Under the pieces are notes generated by a model. The model was given only the letters and a program-made list of their open reading frames with translations, had not been told where the DNA came from and searched no databases. From Alphaproteobacteria bacterium (GTDB taxonomy: Bacteria; Pseudomonadota; Alphaproteobacteria; UBA828), in the NCBI GenBank assembly GCA_965221125.1, contig CBDCRW010000002.1, forward strand, positions 96,001 to 160,000: a DNA stretch of 64,000 nt, read 5' to 3'. The position numbers were made by a program, and so were the translations under genes. Below, piece by piece: positions 33,868-43,157 of this stretch (position 1 is its first letter; each line of letters begins with the position of its first letter).

Positions 33868-34722
33868 ATGAAGCTGTTGCGTGTTGGCGAGGCAGGCGCC
33901 GAGCGGCCGGCCGTGATGCTGCAGGACGGAACCATCATCGACGTGTCGAGCGAGGTCGGCGAGATCGACGGCGCCTGGCTCGAAGGCGGCGGCATCGGGC
34001 GCCTGGCGGGGGTCCTGGCCGAAGGCACGGACCGCTTCCCCATCGTGGAAGCCGGCACGCGAATCGGCGCGCCGGTCGCGCGGCCGGGGCACATCATCGC
34101 CATCGGCCTCAACTATGCCGACCATGCCAAGGAAGCCGGCATGGACCTGCCGACGGAGCCGATCATCTTCAACAAGGCGCCGAGCTCCTACAGCGGGCCG
34201 GACGACGACGTGCTGATCCCGCGCGGCAGCACCAAGACCGACTGGGAGGTCGAGCTCGGCATCGTGATCGGCCGCGGCGCCGAGTATCTGCCCGACGAGG
34301 CGGCGGCGATGGCCCATGTCGCCGGCTACTGCATCTGCAACGACGTCTCCGAGCGCGACTTCCAGCTCAATCGCGGCCCCACCTGGGTCAAGGGCAAGTC
34401 GGCCCGCACCTTCTGCCCCACGGGCCCGTGGCTGGTGACGCCGGACGAGGTGCCGGACCCCCAGAGCCTCGCCATGTCGCTCACCGTCAACGGCGAGGTG
34501 CGCCAGAGCGGCAGCACGGCCACGATGATCTTCGGCGTCGCCCACCTCGTCCATTACATCTGCCAGTTCATGGTGCTGGAGGCGGGCGACCTGATCGCGA
34601 CGGGGACCCCGCCCGGCGTCGGCATGGGCATGAAGCCGCCGATCTTCCTCAAGGCCGGCGACGTGATGGAGCTCGAGATCGAGGGCCTCGGCCGCCAGCG
34701 GCAGACGCTCCGCCAGGGGTAG
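33868..34722 (+). CDS. Fumarylacetoacetate hydrolase family protein
   Basis: IGLNYADH, DWEVELG, NDVSERDFQ, TGTPPGVG. Confidence 0.92.
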   Translation: MKLLRVGEAGAERPAVMLQDGTIIDVSSEVGEIDGAWLEGGGIGRLAGVLAEGTDRFPIVEAGTRIGAPVARPGHIIAIGLNYADHAKEAGMDLPTEPIIFNKAPSSYSGPDDDVLIPRGSTKTDWEVELGIVIGRGAEYLPDEAAAMAHVAGYCICNDVSERDFQLNRGPTWVKGKSARTFCPTGPWLVTPDEVPDPQSLAMSLTVNGEVRQSGSTATMIFGVAHLVHYICQFMVLEAGDLIATGTPPGVGMGMKPPIFLKAGDVMELEIEGLGRQRQTLRQG

Positions 34723-34763
34723 CCCTGCGCCCAGGGGTAGCCCTGCTCCAGGGGTAGCCCTGC
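34713..34763. repeat. Three tandem copies of CCAGGGGTAGCCCTGC
   Basis: Exact 16-mers at 34713, 34731 and 34748; the first contains the FAH stop codon. Confidence 0.9.
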
Positions 34764-34771
34764 GCCATCGT

Positions 34772-34800
34772 TTGACAGGGGTGCGGGTGCTCCCTATGGT
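34772..34800 (+). promoter_or_regulatory. Putative sigma70 promoter of rpmJ
   Basis: TTGACA-N17-TATGGT. Confidence 0.6.
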
Positions 34801-34826
34801 GCGCCGCGCTTCCCGAAGAGGATGAC

Positions 34827-34952
34827 ATGAAGGTCCGCAACTCGCTTCGCGCCGCGAAGAAGCGCCACAAGGATTGCCAGATCGTGCGCCGCCGGGGCCG
34901 CGTGCTGGTCATCAACAAGCGCAACCCGCGCTTCAAGGTGCGCCAGGGCTGA
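34827..34952 (+). CDS. rpmJ: 50S ribosomal protein L36, zinc-free type (absent from the ORF track)
   Basis: Translates [41 protein letters not shown]. Confidence 0.95.
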   Translation: MKVRNSLRAAKKRHKDCQIVRRRGRVLVINKRNPRFKVRQG

Positions 34953-35085
34953 TCGCGCCGCGCTACGCCAGCCGCGCCGGCGCGGCATCCGCCTGCATTG
35001 ACGGGCGGCGCTTGCGCACCGACAATCCGCTCCCAACGACAACCAGGGCCCCGGCCGGGCCCCGAAAGGTGCTGCCGTGGTAGCC

Positions 35086-36567
35086 ATGCCGGAGCCCGAC
35101 GCGGGCGTCATCAGCGAGCGGCAGTCCTTGGTCGCGGCGCTCCGCAAGCTGCTGCCCGAGGACTGCGTCATCGACGACGAGCGCGGCCTGCGCCCCTTCG
35201 AGTGCGACGGCCTCAGCGCCTACCGCGCGCTCCCTATGGTGGTCGTCCTGCCGCGCGACACCGGCGAGGTGAGCCGCGTGCTCGCGCTCTGCCACGAACG
35301 CGGCGTCAAGATCGTGCCGCGCGGGGCCGGCACCGGGCTTTCCGGCGGGGCGCTGCCGCTCGCCGACGGGGTCACGGTGGGCTTCGGCAAGCTCAACCGC
35401 GTGCTCGAGATCGACACCGCCAACCGCTGCGCCGTGGTGCAGCCCGGCGTCGCCAACCTCGCCATCTCGACGGCGGTGAGCCCCCACGGCTTCTACTATG
35501 CGCCGGACCCCTCCAGCCAGATCGCCTGCTCCATCGGCGGCAACGTCGCCGAGAATTCCGGCGGCGTGCACTGCCTCAAGTACGGGCTCACCACCAACAA
35601 CCTGCTCGGCGTCGAGATGGTGCTGATGGACGGCGAGGTCCTGCGCCTCGGCGGCAAGCAGTTCGACGCCGAGGGCTACGACATGCTGGGCGTCGTCACC
35701 GGTTCGGAGGGCCTGCTCGGCGTCGTCACCGAGGTGACGGTGCGGATCCTGCCCAAGCCGGCGACGGTGCGCGCGCTGCTCCTCGGCTTCCCCGACAACG
35801 CATCGGCCGGCGCCTGCGTGGGCGAGATCATCGCCGCCGGCATCATCCCGGCCGGGCTGGAGATGATGGACAAGCCCGCGATCGAGGCGGCGGAGGCCTT
35901 CTGCCAGCCGGGCTACCCCTTGGACGTGGCGGCGATCCTGATCTGCGAGCTGGACGGGCCGGAGGTGGAGGTCGACGAGCTGGTCGACCTGGTGGGCGAG
36001 CTCGCCCGCAAGTCAGGTGCTACGACGATCCGCTCGAGCACGAGCGAGGAGGAGCGCGAGCGCTTCTGGCTCGGCCGCAAGACCGCCTTCGGCGCCGCAG
36101 GCCGCATGGCGCCGGACTACTACGTGATGGACGGCACCATCCCCCGCGCGCGCCTGCCCGAGGTGCTCAACCGGATCGGCGAGCTTTCGCAGGAGTACGG
36201 CCTGCCGGTCGCCAACGTCTTTCACGCCGGCGACGGCAACCTGCACCCGCTCATCATGTACGATTCCGCCGTCCCCGGCGAGCTGGAGCGGACCGAGGAG
36301 ATGGGCTCGGAGATCCTCAGGCTCTGCGTCGAGGTGGGCGGCGTGCTGACCGGCGAGCACGGCGTCGGCGTCGAGAAGCGCGACCTGATGGGCGCGATGT
36401 TCACCGAGGACGACCTCAAGCAGCAGCAGCGCATCAAGTGCGCCTTCGATCCCGACCAGCTGCTCAACCCCGGCAAGGTCTTCCCGACGCTGCACCGCTG
36501 CGCCGAGCTCGGCCAGATGCACGTGCACCGGGGCGAGACGCCCTTCCCCGACCTGCCCCGCTTCTGA
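35086..36567 (+). CDS. glcD: Glycolate oxidase subunit GlcD
   Basis: PRGAGTGLSGG, PDPSSQIACSIGGN, HAGDGNLHP, GEHGVG. Confidence 0.93.
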   Translation: MPEPDAGVISERQSLVAALRKLLPEDCVIDDERGLRPFECDGLSAYRALPMVVVLPRDTGEVSRVLALCHERGVKIVPRGAGTGLSGGALPLADGVTVGFGKLNRVLEIDTANRCAVVQPGVANLAISTAVSPHGFYYAPDPSSQIACSIGGNVAENSGGVHCLKYGLTTNNLLGVEMVLMDGEVLRLGGKQFDAEGYDMLGVVTGSEGLLGVVTEVTVRILPKPATVRALLLGFPDNASAGACVGEIIAAGIIPAGLEMMDKPAIEAAEAFCQPGYPLDVAAILICELDGPEVEVDELVDLVGELARKSGATTIRSSTSEEERERFWLGRKTAFGAAGRMAPDYYVMDGTIPRARLPEVLNRIGELSQEYGLPVANVFHAGDGNLHPLIMYDSAVPGELERTEEMGSEILRLCVEVGGVLTGEHGVGVEKRDLMGAMFTEDDLKQQQRIKCAFDPDQLLNPGKVFPTLHRCAELGQMHVHRGETPFPDLPRF

Positions 36568-37784
36568 TGGCCGATAGCCTGGCGCCGGCCGACGCGGACA
36601 GCCTCGCGGACGCCGTCCGCTGGGCGATCGCGGGCGAGCATCCGCTGGAGGTCATCGCCGGCGGCTCCAAGCGGGCGCTCGGCCGGCCGGTGCAGAGCGC
36701 GGCCACCCTCTCGCTCGCCGCGTTCGACGGCATCGTCGATTATCAGGCCTCCGAGCTGGTGCTGACGGCCGGCGCCGCGACGCCGCTCGCCGCCATCCAG
36801 GCGGCGGTCGAGGCCGAGCGGCAGATGCTGGCGTTCGAGCCCGCGGACTACGGGCCCCTCCTCGGCGCGGCGGAGCCTGCGACGCTCGGCGGCGCGCTCG
36901 CCTGCAACCTCTCGGGCCCGCGCCGCATCAAGGCGGGTGCGGCGCGCGATCACTTCCTCGGCGTGCATGCGGTGAGCGGGCGGGGCGAGCGCTTCAAGGC
37001 CGGCGGCCGCGTGGTCAAGAACGTGACCGGCTACGACGTCTGTAAGCTGCTCGCGGGCTCCTACGGCACGCTCGCGCTCATGCACGAGGTGACGGTCAAG
37101 ATCCTGCCCGCGCCGGAGCGCACGCGCACGGTGCTGGTGTTCGGCCTCGAGCCGCCCGCGGCCCTCGAAGCCCTGGGCACAGCGCTCGGCAGCGCGCACG
37201 AGGTTTCCGGGGCGGCCCACATGCCGGCCGAGGTCGCCGCGCGCTCGGCGGTCTCCTACGTCTCGGGCGCCGGCGCTGCGGTGAGCGCCGTCCGCGTCGA
37301 GGGATTTCCCGCCTCGGTGGAAGCGCGCTGCGCGGCGCTGCGGGAACTGCTCGGGCGCTTCGGCGCGGTCGAGGAGCTGCATTCCAAGAACTCGACGACG
37401 CTCTGGCGCGAGATCCGGGACGTTCGCTCCTTCGCCGGCGACGACCGGCCGCTCTGGCGCCTCTCCGTGCCCCCGGCAGCGGGCGCGGACGCGGCCGCGC
37501 GCGTGACTGAGGCGGCGGACGTGCGCGCCCTCTTCGACTGGGGCGGCGGGCTCGTCTGGCTCGCGGTGGGTGGTGCTGCCGACGCGGGCGAAGCCGCCGT
37601 GCGCGCCGCTGCGGCGGCCGTCGGCGGGCACGCGACGCTGGTGCGCGCCGATGCGCCCACGCGGGCGGCACGGGCGGTGTTCCAGCCCCAGGCGGCGGGC
37701 CTGGCCGCGCTGACCACGCGCATCAAGCGCGCGTTCGATCCCACGGGCGTGCTCAACCCCGGGCGCATGCACGCGGGCGTCTAG
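36567..37784 (+). CDS. glcE: Glycolate oxidase FAD-binding subunit GlcE
   Basis: SGPRRIKAGAARD, GGRVVKNVTGYD, DWGGGLVW, FDPTGVLNPGRM; TGATG coupling. Confidence 0.93.
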   Translation: MADSLAPADADSLADAVRWAIAGEHPLEVIAGGSKRALGRPVQSAATLSLAAFDGIVDYQASELVLTAGAATPLAAIQAAVEAERQMLAFEPADYGPLLGAAEPATLGGALACNLSGPRRIKAGAARDHFLGVHAVSGRGERFKAGGRVVKNVTGYDVCKLLAGSYGTLALMHEVTVKILPAPERTRTVLVFGLEPPAALEALGTALGSAHEVSGAAHMPAEVAARSAVSYVSGAGAAVSAVRVEGFPASVEARCAALRELLGRFGAVEELHSKNSTTLWREIRDVRSFAGDDRPLWRLSVPPAAGADAAARVTEAADVRALFDWGGGLVWLAVGGAADAGEAAVRAAAAAVGGHATLVRADAPTRAARAVFQPQAAGLAALTTRIKRAFDPTGVLNPGRMHAGV

Positions 37785-37789
37785 CGCGG

Positions 37790-39094
37790 ATGCAGACCCA
37801 GTTCTCCGAGAGCCAGCTCGCGCACCCGGCGGTGGCCGAGGCCAACCAGGTGCTGCGCACCTGCGTCCACTGCGGGCTCTGCCTCTCCACCTGCCCCACC
37901 TACGCGCTGCTGGGCGACGAGCGGGACAGCCCGCGCGGGCGCATCTACCTCATCAAGGACATGCTGGAGCAGGACGCGCCGGCCGACGCCACGGTGACGC
38001 GCCACATCGACCGCTGCCTCTCCTGCCTCTCGTGCATGACGACCTGCCCGGCGGGCGTCGACTACATGCACCTGGTCGATCACGCGCGAGGCCACATCGA
38101 GCGGACCTGGCAGCGGCCGCTTGCCGAGCGCGCGCTCCGCACCGTGCTCAGCACCGTGTTGCCGCGCCCGGCCCTGGCCCGCCTCGCGCTGATGGCGGCG
38201 CGCGGCCCCTCCCTGCTGGCGCCGCTCTTCGGCGGGCGCATCGGCGCGCTGCTGCGCCTGGCGGGCCGGCCCTCCTACGGGCCGAGCTGGGTCGAGCGGC
38301 CGCAGGTGATTCCCGCCCAGGGCCCCCGCCGCAGGCGGGTGGCGCTGCTCACGGGCTGCGTGCAGTCCACGCTTGCGCCGGAGATCAACGAGGCGGCGGT
38401 GCGCGTGCTCACCCGCCACGGCTGCGAGGTGGTGGTGGCGCGCGGCGCGGGCTGCTGCGGCGCGCTCTCGCACCACCTGGGCGACGAGGCGCGCGGCCGG
38501 GCCCAGGCCGGGCGCACGGCGGCGGCGCTCGCGCGCGAGGCCGGCGACGGCGGGCTCGACGCGGTGGTCGCCACGGCGTCCGGCTGCGGGACCATGCTCA
38601 AGGACTACCGCCATGTGCTGAAGGACGACCCCGCCCATGCCGACACGGGCGAACGGGTGGCGGCGCTTGCCCGCGATGTCAGCGAGGTGCTGGCCGAGCT
38701 CGGCCTTGCCGCCGACGGACCCGCGCCCACGGATGCGCCGGTCGCCTACCACTCGGCCTGCTCGCTGCAGCACGGCCAGCGGGTCGAGCGCCAGCCGATG
38801 GCGCTCCTCGCCGCCGCCGGCTTCACCGTGCGGACGGTCCCGGACGGACATTTCTGCTGCGGTTCGGCGGGAACCTATAATATTCTTCAATCGGAGATCG
38901 CCGAGTCACTCGGAAAACGAAAGGCGGCAGCAATCGAAAGCACGGGCGCCGCGCTCGTCGCTGCGGGCAACATCGGCTGCATGGTGCAGATCGGAGGCCA
39001 CACCGCGCTGCCGGTGGTGCACACGGTCGAGCTGCTCGACTGGGCGACCGGCGGCCCGCGCCCTTCGGCGCTGCCGCACTCGGCCGCCGCATAG
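37790..39094 (+). CDS. glcF: Glycolate oxidase iron-sulfur subunit GlcF
   Basis: CVHCGLCLSTCP, CLSCLSCMTTCP, CCG domains. Confidence 0.94.
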   Translation: MQTQFSESQLAHPAVAEANQVLRTCVHCGLCLSTCPTYALLGDERDSPRGRIYLIKDMLEQDAPADATVTRHIDRCLSCLSCMTTCPAGVDYMHLVDHARGHIERTWQRPLAERALRTVLSTVLPRPALARLALMAARGPSLLAPLFGGRIGALLRLAGRPSYGPSWVERPQVIPAQGPRRRRVALLTGCVQSTLAPEINEAAVRVLTRHGCEVVVARGAGCCGALSHHLGDEARGRAQAGRTAAALAREAGDGGLDAVVATASGCGTMLKDYRHVLKDDPAHADTGERVAALARDVSEVLAELGLAADGPAPTDAPVAYHSACSLQHGQRVERQPMALLAAAGFTVRTVPDGHFCCGSAGTYNILQSEIAESLGKRKAAAIESTGAALVAAGNIGCMVQIGGHTALPVVHTVELLDWATGGPRPSALPHSAAA

Positions 39095-39175
39095 CGCCAC
39101 CCGGCCGGGACCGGCGCGCAAGAGAAACGACAGGTGGGGCATTCGTTGGGATCGCCCAGAGCCAGCCAGGACATC

Positions 39176-39514
39176 ATGAACGTGACGACGGAACGCGAGG
39201 CCGGCGTGCTGTCGGTGCGGGTCGAGGGGCGCATCGACGGCTCCACCGTGCTCGCGTTCCACGAGGCGATCGAGACTGCGCTCGAGGACGGCGATCACAC
39301 CGTGGTCGTCGACTGCGAGAGGCTGACCTACATCGGCAGCGCGGGCCTTCGCACCGTGCTGGCGCTCACCAAGGCCGTCTCCAACCGTGACGCCCGGTTC
39401 GCGCTCTACGCGGTTTCGGCTCACGTCAGGAGCATTTTCGAGAAGAGCGGATTCGACACCATCATCACGATCCGCCCGTCGCGGGCCGAGGCGATCGCCG
39501 CCCTCGCGGAGTGA
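39176..39514 (+). CDS. STAS-domain anti-sigma-factor antagonist
   Basis: VEGRID, VDCERLTYIGSAGLR (phospho-acceptor Ser motif), IFEKSGF. Confidence 0.88.
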   Translation: MNVTTEREAGVLSVRVEGRIDGSTVLAFHEAIETALEDGDHTVVVDCERLTYIGSAGLRTVLALTKAVSNRDARFALYAVSAHVRSIFEKSGFDTIITIRPSRAEAIAALAE

Positions 39515-39720
39515 GGTCGCGCCCCGCGCACGCGCTCACGCGGCGTGCGACCAAGAATCAGCCCGCACCATGGTGCGGTGCACGGGGCGGGCGGGTGGGG
39601 GCAGGCTCTGCGGATGCAGCACGCAGACCGTCGCACTTCAGGGAAAGCCGGGCCGGAGCGGCTCGGGGGAGCCGGCGCGTGGCCGGGCGCTTATACACCG
39701 GGTTCCCGCCGCCGCCGGCT

Positions 39721-39844
39721 TGTGCCGCCTTGTGCCACCTTGGGCCACTTTGTGCCACCTTGTGCCACTTTGTGCCACTTTGTGCCGCCCGATTCGTGCC
39801 ACTTTGTGCCACTTTGTGCCGGCGTATGCCGGAATGTGCCGGGT
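39721..39844. repeat. 10-bp tandem array (consensus TGTGCCACTT), 12 units
   Basis: 7 units at 39721-39790, 4-bp insert GATT, 5 units at 39795-39844. Confidence 0.92.
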
Positions 39845-39874
39845 TAAAGCCTTTCCGTGTGAAACGGGACCGCT

Positions 39875-40819
39875 CTACAGGCGGATCGCCTTCTGCGCCT
39901 CCTCGGTGAGCGCGGCTCCAGCGCCGGCCGCGGCCTCCGCCAGCACGTCGATCCACCGCTGGCCGTGGGCGGCAACCCGGTGGGTGAGGCCGATCCGCCG
40001 CGAGGGCTCGGGCGCGGCGAAACGCAGGAAGCTCAGGTCGGGCTCGGCTGCGCGCTCGGCGAGCGCGGCGGTTTCCGGGAGGAGCGTCAGCCCGGCGCCG
40101 CTCGCGACCAGCCGGGACAGCGTGGCAAGCGATTCCGCGCCGCGGCGCACCTCCCGCGTGCGCCACATCAGGGAGGCGCCGAGGACCTGGTCGGCCAGGC
40201 AATGCCCGTCGCCGAGCGTGAGCAGCGGCCCGATGTCCGCCCGCGCCAGGTCGGAGGGACGCACGTCGTCGCCGAGCGTGCGCCGGATCGAGGCCAGGCG
40301 GTCGGCCCGGCCGGCGAGCACGAAGTGATCCTCGAAGAGCTCGCGCTCGGGCAGCTCCATCAGCCCCAGCGGGAGAGAGACGATCGCCGCGTCGAGGCGC
40401 CCGGCAAGGAGGCCGGCCACGACGTCCTGCCCCGGCGCCTCCCTGATATCGAGCTCGATACGGGGCGAGGCCTCGTGCAGGCGGCTCAGGATGCCGGAAA
40501 GCAGATAGGGCGCGAGCGTGGAGACGATGCCGACGGAGACGTGGAGCGGGCCCGACTCGAACCTCTGGCCCAGGTTCTCGAGGAGCAGCGTCTCGTCCAG
40601 GATGCGAAGGGTCTGCTCATGCGCCTCGCGGCCGAGCGGCGTGAGCAGGATGCCGCGGGGCTCGCGCTCGACCAGCGGCCCGCCGAGCGAGCCCTCCAGC
40701 TCGCGAATCTGGAGCGAGAGCGCGGGCTGCGAGACGTGGACGCTCTCGGCGGCCCGGCTGAACGAGCCGTGCTCGATCAGGGCCTGGAAGTAGCGGAGCT
40801 GACGCAGGGTGACGGGCAT
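39875..40819 (-). CDS. LysR-family regulator, OxyR-like
   Basis: TLRQLRYF, VSQPALSLQI HTH; GHCLADQ motif; SLATL, GLTLLP. Confidence 0.85.
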   Translation of the reverse strand: MPVTLRQLRYFQALIEHGSFSRAAESVHVSQPALSLQIRELEGSLGGPLVEREPRGILLTPLGREAHEQTLRILDETLLLENLGQRFESGPLHVSVGIVSTLAPYLLSGILSRLHEASPRIELDIREAPGQDVVAGLLAGRLDAAIVSLPLGLMELPERELFEDHFVLAGRADRLASIRRTLGDDVRPSDLARADIGPLLTLGDGHCLADQVLGASLMWRTREVRRGAESLATLSRLVASGAGLTLLPETAALAERAAEPDLSFLRFAAPEPSRRIGLTHRVAAHGQRWIDVLAEAAAGAGAALTEEAQKAIRL

Positions 40820-41113
40820 GTCCTGTCCCTATGGGCGCGGCCGCTGCGGCGAGGGCGATCGAGGCCGGATGCCGGCGAGAGCATGCCCCGGCGACCGTGC
40901 CGTCAGACGGTGCGAAAGAACACCACCGGCCGCCGGAATCAACGATTCATGATATATCATAATTGATATTACTCTGTCGCCTGCAATCGCATCGCAGTAT
41001 ACCTCGCCCTTTGTGACGACATGGGGCAACAACTTCAAATATAGAATTCTTTATCGATCTATAAAATGTGCTTATGCGTCACCGTCGCGGCCACGCGCAG
41101 GGCCGGAACTCAG

Positions 41114-43102
41114 TCAGGCAGGGGCGGTATCGCCCGGCTCGCCATCGTAGCGCAGCACGATGCACGTGATGTCGTCGGACTGCTCCGCGCCGGCGACGAA
41201 TTCGACCACCGCGCTGGTCACGTTCGTGAGCACGGCGTCGACGGGCAGCGCGTGGCCATCGGCAAGAACCGCCTCCAGACGGGCCTCGGTGAACTCCTCC
41301 TCGTCGGCGTTCATGGCCTCGGTGATGCCGTCGGTGTAGAGGAACATCGTGTCCCCCGGCGCCAGCGTCGTCTTGTCTTCGCTGTAGGGCAGTCCGGGCA
41401 TGACGCCGACGGCCATGCCGCCCGTCATCGGCAGCGCCAGGACGTCGCCGGGGCGCTTGACGACGAACGGCGGGTTGTGCCCGGCATTGGCGTAGACGAA
41501 CTCGCCTGTCTTGGGGTCCAGGATTCCGTAGAAGAGCGTGACGAACAGGTCTTGCGGGTTCTGCTCGCAGATCGCGTCGTTGACCTCCTCCAGGCAGGGG
41601 CCAGGATCGGGATGCCGGGCCGCAGCCGCGCGCATGACGGTGCGCGCGATCGCCATGAAGAAGGCCGCCGGCACGCCCTTGCCGGAGACGTCCGCCATGA
41701 CCACGCTGAGCCGGCCGTCGTCGAGCATGAAGAAGTCGTAGAAGTCGCCGCCCATCTCGCGTGCCGGAGTCATGAGCGCGTGCCCTGAGAAGGACGGGCT
41801 GTCCGGCAGCGTCTTGGGCAGGATCGCGCCCTGCAGGGCGTGCGCGATCTTGAGCTCCGACTCCATGCGCTCCTTCGCCCGTTCGAGCTGCGCGTTGGAT
41901 TCCTCCAGGTCCCGCGTGCGCGCGCGCACCATGCTCTCCAGGTATTCCTCGCGCGCCTGCACCTGGCGCACCATGTTCTGGAACACGCGGACCAGGGTGC
42001 CGAGCTCGTCCCGCCGGCCGGCGACGGGATCGAGGGTCTCCGGCGCGAAGCTGAGCGTGTCGGTGTCTACCTCCGCCGCCGCCGTGGTCAGCGCCGTGAC
42101 CGGCTGCACGATGCGGCGCGCCGAGATGGCGGCGATGATCGAGCCGATGGCGAAGGCCGCCGCCGCGACGATGAGGCCGTACTTCACGTGGTCCGCGAAC
42201 AGCCGGTCCAGGTGGTCGCGCCCCATGTGGAGCACCGCGGCCCCGGTGGCGACGCCGCCGCGGTCGAGAATCGGCGCCGCCACGTGAAGGGCGCGCTCGC
42301 CCAGGTAGGACATGGAACCGTCGATGCCGAGCGCGCGCGTGGCGAGATCCTCGTCTTCGGCCGAGAGGGACGCGTCCGTTATGGGGTCGTCCGGGCCCGC
42401 GAACGCAGCCATGCCGATCAGGTCGAGCAGGTCGTTGACGACCCAGATCGCCTGGATCGCCTCGCGCCCGGCCAGCGACTCCAGCGCCGCCTCGATGCCG
42501 ATGATCTCGCCGGGGCCGCCGGTCTCGGCCGCCAGCGTGCCGACCAGGACGGATTCGCGACTGCTGGCGCGAACGCCTACGTACCGCATGGGCTTTTCCC
42601 ACCCGCTTGGCGGGATCGACTGGAACGTGATCGAGAAGCGCCGGCCGGAGACCAGCGCCTCCACGACACGGGAATCGATGCCGGCGGACGCGAGATCCGA
42701 GGGCCTGTCCTCGCTCAGCCCGCCGACCGCCCGCAGCTCCGGCTTGCCGTCCTCGTCCAGCAGCCAGATGTCGTCGACGGCGCTATCTGCCGTCAGCTTC
42801 GCGAAATAGGCGCCGAGGGCTTCTTCGCTGAGCTCCTCCTCGTGGTCGCGGCTTTCGAGATGGCGGGCGATCGCCAGCGCCTGCGCCTCCATCTGGCGGA
42901 CGATCATGCGGTCTATCTCGTCGGCGGTGAGCTCCGCCCGGTTGGCTTCGCTCGCGATCAACCCGGCGACGAGCCGGGCCTGGTCCTCGGCCTGCTCGAT
43001 CAGCGCGTCGCGCGCAAGAAAACCCATCGCCAGCGAAACGCCGACGATGGCCACGCCGACCGACGCGGCAACCGTGATGATCAGGCGTCTCGAGAGGGTC
43101 AA
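41114..43102 (-). CDS. Membrane PP2C/SpoIIE (RsbU-like) phosphatase with periplasmic sensor region and HAMP domain
   Basis: Two TM segments, HAMP (RRDELGTL), MGGDFYD, DVSGKG, NAGHNPP, YTDGITEA, QSDDIT; TTG start. Confidence 0.9.
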   Translation of the reverse strand: MTLSRRLIITVAASVGVAIVGVSLAMGFLARDALIEQAEDQARLVAGLIASEANRAELTADEIDRMIVRQMEAQALAIARHLESRDHEEELSEEALGAYFAKLTADSAVDDIWLLDEDGKPELRAVGGLSEDRPSDLASAGIDSRVVEALVSGRRFSITFQSIPPSGWEKPMRYVGVRASSRESVLVGTLAAETGGPGEIIGIEAALESLAGREAIQAIWVVNDLLDLIGMAAFAGPDDPITDASLSAEDEDLATRALGIDGSMSYLGERALHVAAPILDRGGVATGAAVLHMGRDHLDRLFADHVKYGLIVAAAAFAIGSIIAAISARRIVQPVTALTTAAAEVDTDTLSFAPETLDPVAGRRDELGTLVRVFQNMVRQVQAREEYLESMVRARTRDLEESNAQLERAKERMESELKIAHALQGAILPKTLPDSPSFSGHALMTPAREMGGDFYDFFMLDDGRLSVVMADVSGKGVPAAFFMAIARTVMRAAAARHPDPGPCLEEVNDAICEQNPQDLFVTLFYGILDPKTGEFVYANAGHNPPFVVKRPGDVLALPMTGGMAVGVMPGLPYSEDKTTLAPGDTMFLYTDGITEAMNADEEEFTEARLEAVLADGHALPVDAVLTNVTSAVVEFVAGAEQSDDITCIVLRYDGEPGDTAPA

Positions 43103-43157
43103 CGGCGGTGTCCGGCAGTGGTGTACGCCCGATGCGAGCCTCGGGCGCGGGGCGCTG

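Noticed and set aside
39721-39844. 10-bp array as a CRISPR or as a repeat protein (LCHLVPLCAT in ORF 39387-40328)
   Set aside because: No unique spacers and no cas genes; the period is not a multiple of 3 and the ORF runs antisense into the LysR gene
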